A DNA stretch of 64,000 bases from Opitutia bacterium (GTDB lineage Bacteria; Verrucomicrobiota; Verrucomicrobiia; Opitutales; Opitutaceae), in contig CANJVR010000002.1 in assembly GCA_947478395.1 (NCBI GenBank), positions 704,001 to 768,000 on the forward strand, in the 5' to 3' direction. Shown piece by piece: positions 12,101-21,922 of this stretch (position 1 is the stretch's first letter; the number at the start of each line of letters is the position of its first letter). Position numbers and translations under genes: made by a program. The notes beneath the pieces were generated by a model. The model was not told the DNA's origin. It did not search any database and worked only from the letters and a program-made list of their open reading frames with translations.

Positions 12101-13183
12101 GTGCCGCTCCCCTCGCCGCAAATCCCCGGCCAGCCGCGCACCGCGCTGGCGCCGATGCAGGACGTCACCGACCTCGCCTTCATGGGCGTGATCGCGCACT
12201 ACGGCGCTCCCGACTATTTTTTCACCGAGTTCTTCCGCGTGCACGCGTCGTCGCGCCTAGAGAAACATATCCTGCGATCCATCGATGAAAACAAGACGGG
12301 GCGCCCGGTCTTTGCCCAATTGATCGGCGAAGATCTCGAACAGCTCGCCCGCACTGCCGCCGAATTGCTCGAGCACCGCGTCGCCGGCATCGACCTCAAC
12401 CTCGGCTGCCCCGCCCCGAAGGTTTATAAAAAAAACGTCGGCGGCGGTTTGCTGCGCGATCCCGAACGTATTGGAGAAATCCTCGGCACGCTTCGCGCCA
12501 CCGTACCCGGGTTGTTCACGGTGAAAATGCGCATTGGTTTCGAGGACGCGCGGCACTTCGACCGGATTCTCGATCTGGTCAACGAACACCGCGTCGACCT
12601 CCTCAGCGTTCACGGTCGCACCGTGAAGGAAATGTACCGCAGTGAAGTGCACTACGATTTCATCGCCCGCGCCGTAGCGCGCGTGCAGTGTCCCGTGCTC
12701 GCCAATGGCAATATTACGTCGTCCGCTACCGCGGTCCGCGTGGTCGGATCGACGCGAGCCGCCGGAGTGATGATCGGCCGCCACGCCATCCGCAATCCGT
12801 GGATTTTCCGCCAGTGCCGCGAGCAGTTCGCGGATACCAATGTTCCGGTCTTTCAGCCCACGCTAGGCGACGTGCGTGACTACATCGAGCGACTCTATCG
12901 TGCCACGCAAGCGCCCGGACTCCTCGAGCGCTATCACGTGAACAAGATGAAAAAGTATCTCAACTTCGTCGGCCAGAGCGTGGACGCGACGGGCGCTTTT
13001 TTGCATGACATGCGCCGCGTGGAGAGTGAGACGGAGTTATTTTCCATCTGCGATCGCCACCTGCTCGCCGAGCCCGCGAAAGCATTTTCCTCCGAGCCCT
13101 ACGCCGGGGTGATCGCACGCCCGAATTGCGAAACCCCGAGCGAGACGAGCGACGGTTGCTCGTTGGAAGCGATCACCGCCTAA
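12101..13183 (+). CDS. tRNA-dihydrouridine synthase family protein
   Basis: LAPMQDVTD, DLNLGCP, VHGRT, ANGNI, GVMIGR. Confidence 0.93.
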   Translation: MPLPSPQIPGQPRTALAPMQDVTDLAFMGVIAHYGAPDYFFTEFFRVHASSRLEKHILRSIDENKTGRPVFAQLIGEDLEQLARTAAELLEHRVAGIDLNLGCPAPKVYKKNVGGGLLRDPERIGEILGTLRATVPGLFTVKMRIGFEDARHFDRILDLVNEHRVDLLSVHGRTVKEMYRSEVHYDFIARAVARVQCPVLANGNITSSATAVRVVGSTRAAGVMIGRHAIRNPWIFRQCREQFADTNVPVFQPTLGDVRDYIERLYRATQAPGLLERYHVNKMKKYLNFVGQSVDATGAFLHDMRRVESETELFSICDRHLLAEPAKAFSSEPYAGVIARPNCETPSETSDGCSLEAITA

Positions 13184-13199
13184 TTTAGCCGGTCGGTCC

Positions 13200-13736
13200 C
13201 TACTCGAGGCCCAACGCCTTCCGTCCTTCGGGCGAGATCATCTGGGGAGTCCAAATGGGATCCCAAACGATGTGAACTTTCGCGGATTCGACTGAGGGCA
13301 GCGCCGCGATCTTTTGCCGCGCATCCTCGGCGATCGTCGGGCCCATGCCACAACCTTGCGCCGTCAGCGTCATTTTTACTTCGACCGAATTTCGTCCGGC
13401 CGCGACCGGCTCGATCGCCAGATCATAGACGAGCCCAAGATCCACGATGTTCACCGGGATCTCGGGATCGAAACAGGTCTTCAACGTCGCCCAAACCGCC
13501 TGCTCGTTAAACTCCCCCACACCCTGCGCGGCGCTCTGCGCTTCCGCTTTGGGCACGTAGCCGCGAAGCGCCGGAGCGTTTTCCGCTGCAATGCGAAATA
13601 GGCCGCGATCCGTGCGCACCGTCACATTGCCGCCGAGGCTCTGGGTGATGAATACATCCGTCCCCGCCGTTAAAGTCACCACGTCGCCCGCCGGGATCGC
13701 GGTCGCCGAAACATCCTGAATCAAAATTGTTTCCAT
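13200..13736 (-). CDS. sufT: Fe-S cluster assembly protein SufT (DUF59)
   Basis: FDPEIPVNIVDLGLVY, MTLTAQGCGMG, ITQSLGG. Confidence 0.88.
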   Translation of the reverse strand: METILIQDVSATAIPAGDVVTLTAGTDVFITQSLGGNVTVRTDRGLFRIAAENAPALRGYVPKAEAQSAAQGVGEFNEQAVWATLKTCFDPEIPVNIVDLGLVYDLAIEPVAAGRNSVEVKMTLTAQGCGMGPTIAEDARQKIAALPSVESAKVHIVWDPIWTPQMISPEGRKALGLE

Positions 13737-13745
13737 GGTAGGGCC

Positions 13746-15572
13746 TTAGCGAATGGACAGATCGATGGGCAGCCGCGCGTAGACCCCCTTAGGATCATTA
13801 AAGGTGCGTAGCGTCGAAAGCTCGGTTTTTAAGCGCTCCGTGATTTTTTCCACGACGTCGCCCCGCGCCGCGGCCCGGGAGTCGGGGGAGAATTTCTCGA
13901 ACAACTCGGCGATCGCCTCCGCCAATTCTTTCTTCTGCGGATACTCCAAAAGGCGGTAGTTGGTCCCTAGGTTTGCCTTCGATGCGGCATATTTGATCGC
14001 CGCATCAAGTCCGCCAATTTCATCGACCAAGCCGAGTTTCTTCGCTTCCGCACCGGACCACACGCGACCCTGCGCGATTTCCTCGACGGTCTCGCGTTTG
14101 ATTTTGCGGGCGTCCGCGACCTTGGTCACGAACTCGCCGTAGATCCAGTCCACCAGGTTTTGTAGGACCGCGAGTTCCTCCGGTGTCTTCGGACGGGTGA
14201 TGGTGAGGGCGTCGGCAAACTTCCCGGTCTTCACGCTTTCAAAGGTGAGGCCAAAATCGTTCGCGAGTTTTTTGACGTCGAATTGAATCCCAAACACCCC
14301 GATCGAACCCGTGATCGTCGTGGGCTCCGCGAAAATTCGGTCGCCGTAGGCTGAAATCCAATAGCCGCCCGAAGCCGCGTAGGAGCCCATCGAAACAATC
14401 ACGGGCTTAACCTTGCGGGCGAGGCGCACTTCGCGGCCGATGTTTTCCGAGGCGGATGCGCTGCCGCCGGGGCTGTTCACGCGCAACACGATCGCCTTGA
14501 CGGAAGCGTCCTGCCGCATCTCGCGCAGCTCGCGCGCAAATTTTGTCCCGCCGATTTCGCCCCGCTCGCCTTCGCCATCGACGATCGAACCCTCCGCGTA
14601 AACCACCGCGATCCGATCGTGGCCCGACATGCCAGCCGCTTCCCCGGGCTTGGTGGAGTCAAGTTTGTCCCGCGCGATCTTCGCATAGTCCCCGAGCCCG
14701 ATTTGCTTGAACGTATGTTTGTCGGTTCCTGCGCCCGTTTGGGCTTTGAGGTCGTCGATGACTTCGTCGCGGTAGGCAATGCGGTCCACCAGATGGCCCG
14801 CCTTTGCGGCCTCGGGCCGGATGAGACCTTGGGCGTCGACCACTTCTTGGAGTTTTCCGGCCGTGATACCACGCGCGAGGGCGATATCCCCGACCATGCT
14901 ACCCCAGATGTCATCGAGTAATTTTTGCGTCTGCTCGCGATTCTCCGGGCTCATGTCCTTGCGGGTATAGGGCTCGACGAACGATTTGTATTTTCCGACG
15001 CGCGTGACCTGCACGCCGATCCCGTATTTTTCGAACGCACCCGTGTAGAACATCGCCTCGCTCGCGAGCCCGGGCATCATAATCAGCCCGTAAGGATCGA
15101 GGGCGATATCGGTCGCGGCCGAAGCCAGGAAATAGTCTTTCGTGGTCGCCGACTCGAGATAGGCCTTCACCGGTTTGCCGCCGGCTTTGAAATCGAGCAG
15201 CGCCGCGCGCACTTCCTTCAAAGCCGCGTAACCGGATCCGTAACCCGAAGGAGCCAGCGCGCCCTTGAGGAGAATGCCCGCGATGCGGTTGTCGTCCCGA
15301 GCCGCGCGAAGGGCGCGCGTGACCGAGCGTAATTGCAGCGTGTTGGTATGGCCGCCGGTGAACTGGCTCAAATCAACCACGGGGGGAGAATCGGTGATAT
15401 TGGCGTCGAGATCGAATACCAGATATGCCCCGCGCTCCAGCGACGGCGCCTTTTTTTCACCGCTCATTGACACGATCGCGCCAAGGATGCCGATGAACAA
15501 TAGCGCCGCACCGCCGGTGAAGATGACGAGCGCCGCGATCGCACCGAGCATCGAGGTGAAAAAGTTTTTCAT
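13746..15572 (-). CDS. sppA: Signal peptide peptidase SppA (long form)
   Basis: VGKYKS, RVNSPGGS, AASGGYWI, TITGSIGV, QGRVWSG. Confidence 0.96.
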   Translation of the reverse strand: MKNFFTSMLGAIAALVIFTGGAALLFIGILGAIVSMSGEKKAPSLERGAYLVFDLDANITDSPPVVDLSQFTGGHTNTLQLRSVTRALRAARDDNRIAGILLKGALAPSGYGSGYAALKEVRAALLDFKAGGKPVKAYLESATTKDYFLASAATDIALDPYGLIMMPGLASEAMFYTGAFEKYGIGVQVTRVGKYKSFVEPYTRKDMSPENREQTQKLLDDIWGSMVGDIALARGITAGKLQEVVDAQGLIRPEAAKAGHLVDRIAYRDEVIDDLKAQTGAGTDKHTFKQIGLGDYAKIARDKLDSTKPGEAAGMSGHDRIAVVYAEGSIVDGEGERGEIGGTKFARELREMRQDASVKAIVLRVNSPGGSASASENIGREVRLARKVKPVIVSMGSYAASGGYWISAYGDRIFAEPTTITGSIGVFGIQFDVKKLANDFGLTFESVKTGKFADALTITRPKTPEELAVLQNLVDWIYGEFVTKVADARKIKRETVEEIAQGRVWSGAEAKKLGLVDEIGGLDAAIKYAASKANLGTNYRLLEYPQKKELAEAIAELFEKFSPDSRAAARGDVVEKITERLKTELSTLRTFNDPKGVYARLPIDLSIR

Positions 15573-15742
15573 AAGTTTTGCGCACCGTAGCCGCTTTCCC
15601 CCCCGCAGCCAGTAGAAAGGAAAAACGCCCGGCCAGCCCCCGGCCTTAAGCCCCGGTCCTTTGGGCCGATCTTAGCGGGATCGTCACATTTTCAATCCAC
15701 GAAGAATTTGCCTAGCTCCCCTCCAAAACTAAACTCGGCTTC

Positions 15743-17236
15743 ATGAGTGACCAAAAAGAGCTGCTAACGACGAACCGCAAGGCTCTCACGATCAACCTCG
15801 ATGAACCGCGCTACGGAACGTTCGCCGAGATCGGCGCGGGCCAAGAAGTGGCGCGGGTGTTTTTTCAGGCCGGAGGTGCTTCCGGGACCATCGCGAAATC
15901 CATTTCGGCCTACGACATGACCTTCAGCGACGCCATCTATGGCAAGGCGCCACGTTACGTCTCGCGTGAACGCCTGCTGCTGATGCTCGACCGCGAGTAT
16001 CAATTGCTCATCGAACGCCTGGCAGCGCAGCGCGGCGATCGCACCACTTTCTTTGTTTTCGCCAACACGGTCTCGGCTCGGAATTTCAAGGGGACGAACG
16101 AGGCCCACGGCTGGCTCGGCGTCCGATTTCAAACCGCACCCGGCGATGAACCCAGCGATGTCCTCCTGCACGTCCGCATGTGGGACAAGGAAAACGTACT
16201 CCAGCAGCAGGCGCTCGGCATCATCGGCGTCAATCTCCTCTACGGCGCATTCTACTACCACGCGGACCCGAAAAAATTAATCGAGTCGCTTCTCGACGGC
16301 CTTTCGTCGGATCGCATCGAGGTCGATATGCTCAAGCTCACCGGCCCGGCGTTCAAGAACGTCGATAACCGGCTCATGTCACTCTGCCTCGTGCAGTACG
16401 GCCTCACCAACGCGGTGATGTTCGGCCCCAACGGCGATGTGCTCCAGCCGTCCGAGGTGCTCTACAAAAAGGCGATCCTCGTCGAGCGCGGTAGCTTCCG
16501 GCCGGTCACACATGTCAACGTCGACATGCTCACCTGCGCCACGGCCCAGTTCGTCCAGGAGTCACCTGTAAAGGGCAAGGATGTCGTGGTGCTCATGGAA
16601 ATCACGATGAACAACCTGCTCGCGGCCGGGGAAATCGATGCGGAAGATTTTCTCGCGCGCGTCGACCTGTTGGGCGACATCGGCTTCACGGTGCTGATTT
16701 CCAACTACTCCGAGTACTACCGGCTCACGTCTTACTTCCGGCGGTACACGAAGGAAATGATCGGCGTCGCAATGGGCATCAACAACCTGATCGAGATTTT
16801 CAACGAGAAGTACTACGAGAATCTCGAAGGTGGCATTCTAGAATCGTTCGGGCGCCTCTTCCGGAACTCCGTCAAGCTGTACATCTATCCAATGCGCCAG
16901 GAAGGCTACGACCGCTACAGCACGGCGAGCGACAGTGCGTACGGCGGCGGAACCGTGACCACCCACGCGTTCGCTTCCTCGGTGCTGATCAACGCGAAGA
17001 ACGTCCACATCGTCGACCGCCTGCGCAATCTCTACGCCCATTTGCTCGAGGCGCACTACATCGAGTGCATCATTGGCTTCGATCAGAGCATCCTGCATAT
17101 TTTCTCCCGCGACGTCCTCCGCCGCATCAAGGAAGGCGATACCCAATGGGAAACGATGGTGCCCACCGCCGTGGTGTCCGCGATCAAGAAGCGCGGATTG
17201 TTCGGCTACACCGCCGCCATCAAGCAGGCCAGTTAA
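15743..17236 (+). CDS. Conserved protein with CinA/PncC-like N-terminus and NadD-like nucleotidyltransferase C-terminus
   Basis: GSFRPVTHVN resembles the NadD G[ST]FxPxHxGH motif. The tail IFSRDVLRRI...VP..V...IKKRGLFG resembles the NadD C-terminus. Function inferred. Confidence 0.6.
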   Translation: MSDQKELLTTNRKALTINLDEPRYGTFAEIGAGQEVARVFFQAGGASGTIAKSISAYDMTFSDAIYGKAPRYVSRERLLLMLDREYQLLIERLAAQRGDRTTFFVFANTVSARNFKGTNEAHGWLGVRFQTAPGDEPSDVLLHVRMWDKENVLQQQALGIIGVNLLYGAFYYHADPKKLIESLLDGLSSDRIEVDMLKLTGPAFKNVDNRLMSLCLVQYGLTNAVMFGPNGDVLQPSEVLYKKAILVERGSFRPVTHVNVDMLTCATAQFVQESPVKGKDVVVLMEITMNNLLAAGEIDAEDFLARVDLLGDIGFTVLISNYSEYYRLTSYFRRYTKEMIGVAMGINNLIEIFNEKYYENLEGGILESFGRLFRNSVKLYIYPMRQEGYDRYSTASDSAYGGGTVTTHAFASSVLINAKNVHIVDRLRNLYAHLLEAHYIECIIGFDQSILHIFSRDVLRRIKEGDTQWETMVPTAVVSAIKKRGLFGYTAAIKQAS

Positions 17237-17331
17237 CCTGAGGTTGGAGTTGTCCGCACGTCCGGCGGCCGCTCGCGTTATATTCCCGATGCGCCGGGTC
17301 GGCAACGTTTACGCGGTGAGCTGAGTCGCGG

Positions 17332-17359
17332 CGGCGGGCGAGCGACAACCTGCCCTACC
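17332..17359 (-). repeat. GTAG-type REP-like element (GGTAGGGC family)
   Basis: Reverse complement reads GGTAGGGCAGGTTGTCGCTCGCCCGCCG. Sits between convergent genes; similar to 44771-44868. Confidence 0.45.
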
Positions 17360-17390
17360 TCCGGAGCATATTTCTTAAAGCGCCGTCGGA

Positions 17391-18482
17391 CTACACCAAC
17401 GGCACAGCCAGTCCCAGCACAGCGGGGGTGGATTTAACGTGACGCCAGCGCCACGTATCCAAATCAGGCCAGCGCCCGACGGTCAGTTGCACCTCGATCT
17501 GGTCACCCACGGCAAAATCATCGCGCTCGCACCGCAAAATCCGGAAGCCCCAGTGGGGCGCGCGGCAGGGATCGAGCGGATTGGAGCTCAACGTCAGATC
17601 GTCATCAACCCGCGCGCGAAAATAAACGGCCAGCCCATCTAGCCGCCCCGCGTTGACCACCGTCCGCCGGAACGTCACCTCACCCGGCAGATCGCCCTCA
17701 TTGAGCGTTTGGAGGTCGATCGTCAGCAAGGGCTCGGGCTCGCCGAGAAAATGCTCGACGAGATGGAGGTCGGTACTGACGAGTTGATAATAATTCGGAT
17801 CCTGCGGCCGGTGCCGTTCCAGCGAGGCGTAGTCGAATCCGCACACCTCAAGCTCCCAGATAAACGGCACGAGCCGATCATCGCGCACTTTGATCGGCTC
17901 ACAGAAGAACTCAAAAGCACTCGGCAAAATGAGGCCGCCAGGCTTGAGCACGCGGTCCCGCAGATCAGCAACGTTTGCAACCATGCCTTCATCGAAAAGG
18001 CCGTCACCCATTTGCTCGTGCAAGATGACGTCCACCCGCTGCGTCACCTTGAAACCCGTGCTGTGCGTGGCGATGAACTCCACTTCCTCAATCCCATTTT
18101 CCACCGCGAGTGTGCGGGCGTGTTTTAAAATTTCCGAATGGTCGATCGCGTACACATGCGCGGCTCCCCGCCGCGCGGCGAGTGCCGCCAGGATGCCTGT
18201 GCCCGTGCCTAGGTCGATGACGCGGTCCCCGGGCTGGATGTGGCGGGTGATCGCCGCGTCGTAAAATGCCATGCGACGCTGATCCGCCAGCATGCGCTCC
18301 TGCGCGTGAAAACCCGCAAACATACGGCCGTTGTGCGCGCGATAATCGGATTCAGCCGAGAGCGGCGGATAAACCCACGCGGCAAAACGGGGCCGGGCCT
18401 CAATCCACGCCCGCAACATCCAGCTGCACTGCCGGCAGAAGCCAAAAACGCGAACGCTGAGAGATTGGAGCAGTGATAACAT
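17391..18482 (-). CDS. Protein arginine N-methyltransferase-like SAM-dependent methyltransferase
   Basis: ERMLADQRR, VIDLGTGTGIL, double-E loop EQMGDGLFDE, LKPGGLILP, PHW loop. Start uncertain. Confidence 0.85.
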   Translation of the reverse strand: MLSLLQSLSVRVFGFCRQCSWMLRAWIEARPRFAAWVYPPLSAESDYRAHNGRMFAGFHAQERMLADQRRMAFYDAAITRHIQPGDRVIDLGTGTGILAALAARRGAAHVYAIDHSEILKHARTLAVENGIEEVEFIATHSTGFKVTQRVDVILHEQMGDGLFDEGMVANVADLRDRVLKPGGLILPSAFEFFCEPIKVRDDRLVPFIWELEVCGFDYASLERHRPQDPNYYQLVSTDLHLVEHFLGEPEPLLTIDLQTLNEGDLPGEVTFRRTVVNAGRLDGLAVYFRARVDDDLTLSSNPLDPCRAPHWGFRILRCERDDFAVGDQIEVQLTVGRWPDLDTWRWRHVKSTPAVLGLAVPLV

Positions 18483-18582
18483 CGGAAGTATCAAGAGGCG
18501 AAATTAGGCCGCGGATAAATCCGCCCGGCACGCAACCATCTCTCGTGGTCGCCAGAACGTCGCTCCACAAAACCGGGGCATG

Positions 18583-18608
18583 AAAAAACACGGCGAGAGC
18601 CGTGTTTT
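18583..18608 (-). terminator. Intrinsic terminator after the Lys-rich peptide gene
   Basis: Minus strand reads AAAACACGGC-TCTC-GCCGTGTTTTTT. Confidence 0.75.
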
Positions 18609-18650
18609 GCCTTTGCGCTGACGGCACCTTAAGGCGCCGAGTTAGACCGC

Positions 18651-18752
18651 TTAGCGGCTGCTCTTCTTGCCGCCTTTGGCGACTTTTTTCTTCGCAGCAG
18701 ATTTAGCGGGGGCTTTTTTAACAGGTTTCTTGGAGCTTTTTGATTTGGCCAT
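18651..18752 (-). CDS. 33-aa Lys-rich histone-H1-like basic peptide
   Basis: Hand translation MAKSKSSKKPVKKAPAKSAAKKKVAKGGKKSSR*. ATG start, TAA stop, terminator downstream. Below the ORF-track cutoff. Confidence 0.8.
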   Translation of the reverse strand: MAKSKSSKKPVKKAPAKSAAKKKVAKGGKKSSR

Positions 18753-18977
18753 GGTGATATTTGTTATCGTCCGGATCGAAAGGTTCGCCCGGAACTCCAG
18801 CGAGAAGCCGTGATCTCCGTGCTAAGCGCAAGCTTTAAGATAATTTTTGTACACCGACTGCATCGCACACGAGATCACGGCTTCCATCAAAAAAGTGATT
18901 CCCGCAATTTAACGGGCGGGCGATCGCAGCCTTCGAGCGCCGTTTTCAAAACAGACGACATCGGACGCGGACCACAG

Positions 18978-21719
18978 CTAGAGGAGCTCCCCGTCCGGCG
19001 TCGAAGTGCGCCGCGCCGTGACCCCCGCCAGACGACGGCAGGTTGCCAGCGTATCGATCTCGCCCACTGTCTTTTCATTACGGATACGGGCAATGCGGGG
19101 AAAACGCAGCGCAAAACCGCTCTGGTGCCGCGTACTCGGCTGGATCGAATCAAAGGCGATCTCAATGACCGTGTCAGGCACAACGTGACGCCGCCGGCCC
19201 TGGACCTCGAGTGTCGTTTCCAAAAAATGACCGGTCAGCGCGGCGATCTTAGCATCCGTGAGACCCGAGTATGCTTTCCCCACCGTGAGGAGCCGATTGC
19301 CGTTTTCTTCGTCGCGGATGGCGAACGTGTAATCGCTAAGCACATCGCGACGCTTGCCGTGACCGAACTCGACCGCGACCACGACAACATCGAGCGTGGC
19401 GTAGGCTTTTTTAAATTTGATCCACGCGAGTCCGCGCCGACCCGGCGTGTAAAGACTCATCGGATCTTTCGCCATCAGGCCTTCGTGTCCACGCGCGCGC
19501 GCGGCGAGGAACGCGGCCTCGATTTCGCGCGCCGTGCTGGCTTGTGTCACCGGCGCGATGGCCAACGACGTTCGTCGGGCCCCGCTTGAAACCGAGAGGA
19601 TTTCCGCCAGCGCGGCGCGGCGTTCCAGCAAAGGAGTTTTCAGCCAGCTCACACCGTCCCGCCAAAGAAGATCGTAGACCGAAAAAGCGACCGGGATTTC
19701 GGCGCCGAGGAAAAAATCGTCACCCTTGCGCCCGAGTCTTTTTTGCAGCTCGGCAAACGGCAGCGCGCGATCCCCCCGCCACGCGAGCAGTTCGCCGTCG
19801 AGGATACAGTCGGCCGGTAGCGATTGAGCGGCGCGCACGAGGTCGGGAAATTGCTCCGTGATCCGGTGTAGATCGCGCGAGTACAGCTCGACCCGTTCGC
19901 CCTGCTTGTGCAGCTGGCAGCGGATGCCGTCGTACTTTTCCTCGAGCCAAACCGGGGCGGCCAGGCGCTCGAGCACCGCCGTGGCGGTGGGCTCGGGACT
20001 CGCGAGCATAAATTGGACGGGGTGAAACACCCGTAGCTGGATCGCTTCGAGTTGACCGGCAAACGCCGCGACCGTGACCGCGGACAAATCGCCGCACTGC
20101 ATGTGGGCTTCACGAATAAGATCGAGCGCCTGGCCAGTGGCCGCCGCGAGCGCTTCCTCCACCAGGCTGTCCTTCAAACCAATGCGGAGATCGCCGAGAA
20201 TAATCTTGGTCAGATATTTTGCTTCGAACGGCGCTAGCGTCGCGAAACGAGCCTGAAGCAGGTCGAGTTTCGCCGTGGGCTCACGCTTCGTGGCCAGCAA
20301 AGCCAATAGTTCGGCGAGGTCCGCCAACGCCCATGGCTGCGGCGCGGTACGGCCGGTGAGCACCGCCTCGGCGGCATCGCCCGCGTCAGGGAATCTTTGA
20401 TAAGCGGCGCGGTAGTCCGCCGGAGTCAAACCGGCGACGGCGAGCACCGCACGCTGCACCACCGCCCACCCGAGATTGAGCGTACGGTCCGAGGATTGGG
20501 GAAAAGCCCGTCCGGTTAAATAAAGCGAGGCGAGTGCGGCATTTCCCGGCGTAAGCCGCCCCAGGTAGTCGCGGATCAAGGTGATCTTATCCCGACGTGC
20601 GGCGGTGAGCTTGAGCTGATCCGCGAGTCGGGAAAACGCGGCGAAATCCTCGGGGCACGTGACCGCCGGAGCCGTCGGCAAAGTTGTCGAAGGCAAATCC
20701 GATCTCAGCGGCGACCGGCGGATATTTTGCGCCGGAAGTGAAAGCTCGATCTGGTTGGGCTGATTAATCGCCCACGCGTCGACCCCGCGCTCGCGCAGCG
20801 TCTGCGCGAATTGCGCGGAGAATCCATGCAGCGTCAGCACGCGTCGCGGTTGCACCAATTCGACAAACCGCAGGAGGTCGTTGAAGTCGGCGTGGTCGGA
20901 AAGCGGGAACGCCGCGTCACATTGATAGCGATAAATCGCGGCGGGATCGAGCGCCCAGCCGGTGATGACCGCCGTGCGGTGACGCGTAATTTTCTTCAGG
21001 AAAGCGGAGGCGCTCGACTGGGGCGGACAAATCACGACGTGGCCCGCAAGTTCGGGCGCGGAAAATTCACGGTAAGCAGGAAACGTCAGACCCAGTTCCT
21101 CGCAGACCCGCGTGAGTTTTAGCGTTTGCGGATGGAGCATCACGGGCAACCCGGCACCCGCAAGACTCGCCAGCAGTTCCTGGCTCTTCCCGAGACTGTA
21201 ACCGAAGAGCACAGGCGTCTCGCCGTCTTCGAGGGTCTGATGACAAAAGAGAACAATCGCGGCGAGCACCTCGACGGTGGGAGGAAGCACGTAGCGCGGC
21301 AGACCGTAGGTCGTTTCCATGATGAGCACATCGGCGCGCGGCGTGGCGCATGGCTCCGCGGAAAGGCCGCGGCGGAGTTTGAAGTCGCCGGTGTACAACA
21401 AAGAACCGTGCGCGGCGTGATCGAGCAGACATTGGGCCGAGCCAAAAATATGGCCCGCCGGATGGAGTGTCACAGTGGTATCGGCGGTGAGCTGTTCGGT
21501 GTGGCCGAAAGGCAGCACGTGTTCGATTCGCTTCGCCGGTAGTCGTGCCCGCATGAGCCGGGCGGTTCCGGACGAGCAGAGAATTTCCCGATGGGCCGCG
21601 AGGTGGTCGAAATGCGCATGGGAAACAAACGAGCGCGCGGTCGGAAAGTGCGCGTCGAGCCACCAGTCGGTTTGCGGCAGATAAAGGCTGCCCGAACGAA
21701 ATTGAATGTCCCAAGCCAT
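18978..21719 (-). CDS. Fusion of a metallo-beta-lactamase/beta-CASP nuclease and an ATP-dependent DNA ligase
   Basis: N-terminal SHAHFDH, AGHIFGS, YTGDFK, SDHAD. C-terminal EEKYDGIRCQ, LDGE, EGLMAK, ALRFPRI. Likely start ATG 21719. Confidence 0.92.
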   Translation of the reverse strand: MAWDIQFRSGSLYLPQTDWWLDAHFPTARSFVSHAHFDHLAAHREILCSSGTARLMRARLPAKRIEHVLPFGHTEQLTADTTVTLHPAGHIFGSAQCLLDHAAHGSLLYTGDFKLRRGLSAEPCATPRADVLIMETTYGLPRYVLPPTVEVLAAIVLFCHQTLEDGETPVLFGYSLGKSQELLASLAGAGLPVMLHPQTLKLTRVCEELGLTFPAYREFSAPELAGHVVICPPQSSASAFLKKITRHRTAVITGWALDPAAIYRYQCDAAFPLSDHADFNDLLRFVELVQPRRVLTLHGFSAQFAQTLRERGVDAWAINQPNQIELSLPAQNIRRSPLRSDLPSTTLPTAPAVTCPEDFAAFSRLADQLKLTAARRDKITLIRDYLGRLTPGNAALASLYLTGRAFPQSSDRTLNLGWAVVQRAVLAVAGLTPADYRAAYQRFPDAGDAAEAVLTGRTAPQPWALADLAELLALLATKREPTAKLDLLQARFATLAPFEAKYLTKIILGDLRIGLKDSLVEEALAAATGQALDLIREAHMQCGDLSAVTVAAFAGQLEAIQLRVFHPVQFMLASPEPTATAVLERLAAPVWLEEKYDGIRCQLHKQGERVELYSRDLHRITEQFPDLVRAAQSLPADCILDGELLAWRGDRALPFAELQKRLGRKGDDFFLGAEIPVAFSVYDLLWRDGVSWLKTPLLERRAALAEILSVSSGARRTSLAIAPVTQASTAREIEAAFLAARARGHEGLMAKDPMSLYTPGRRGLAWIKFKKAYATLDVVVVAVEFGHGKRRDVLSDYTFAIRDEENGNRLLTVGKAYSGLTDAKIAALTGHFLETTLEVQGRRRHVVPDTVIEIAFDSIQPSTRHQSGFALRFPRIARIRNEKTVGEIDTLATCRRLAGVTARRTSTPDGELL

Positions 21720-21922
21720 CAGGGAAGGAAAACGCAGGGGACGCGCCCCCGCGTTGGACGCAAGCCCAAGCTCGGAAAATCGCAGGAGCTCAGGGTCCCG
21801 ATGCAGAAGGGGTGCCCCACCCCGCTTGGACGTTATATCGCCGGCGACGCTTTTGCGGGGTGAGGGCACCCCGCCTCCATGGCAGACGTTTCAGCGCCGG
21901 AACATCCAGCGCCGGAAATGAA

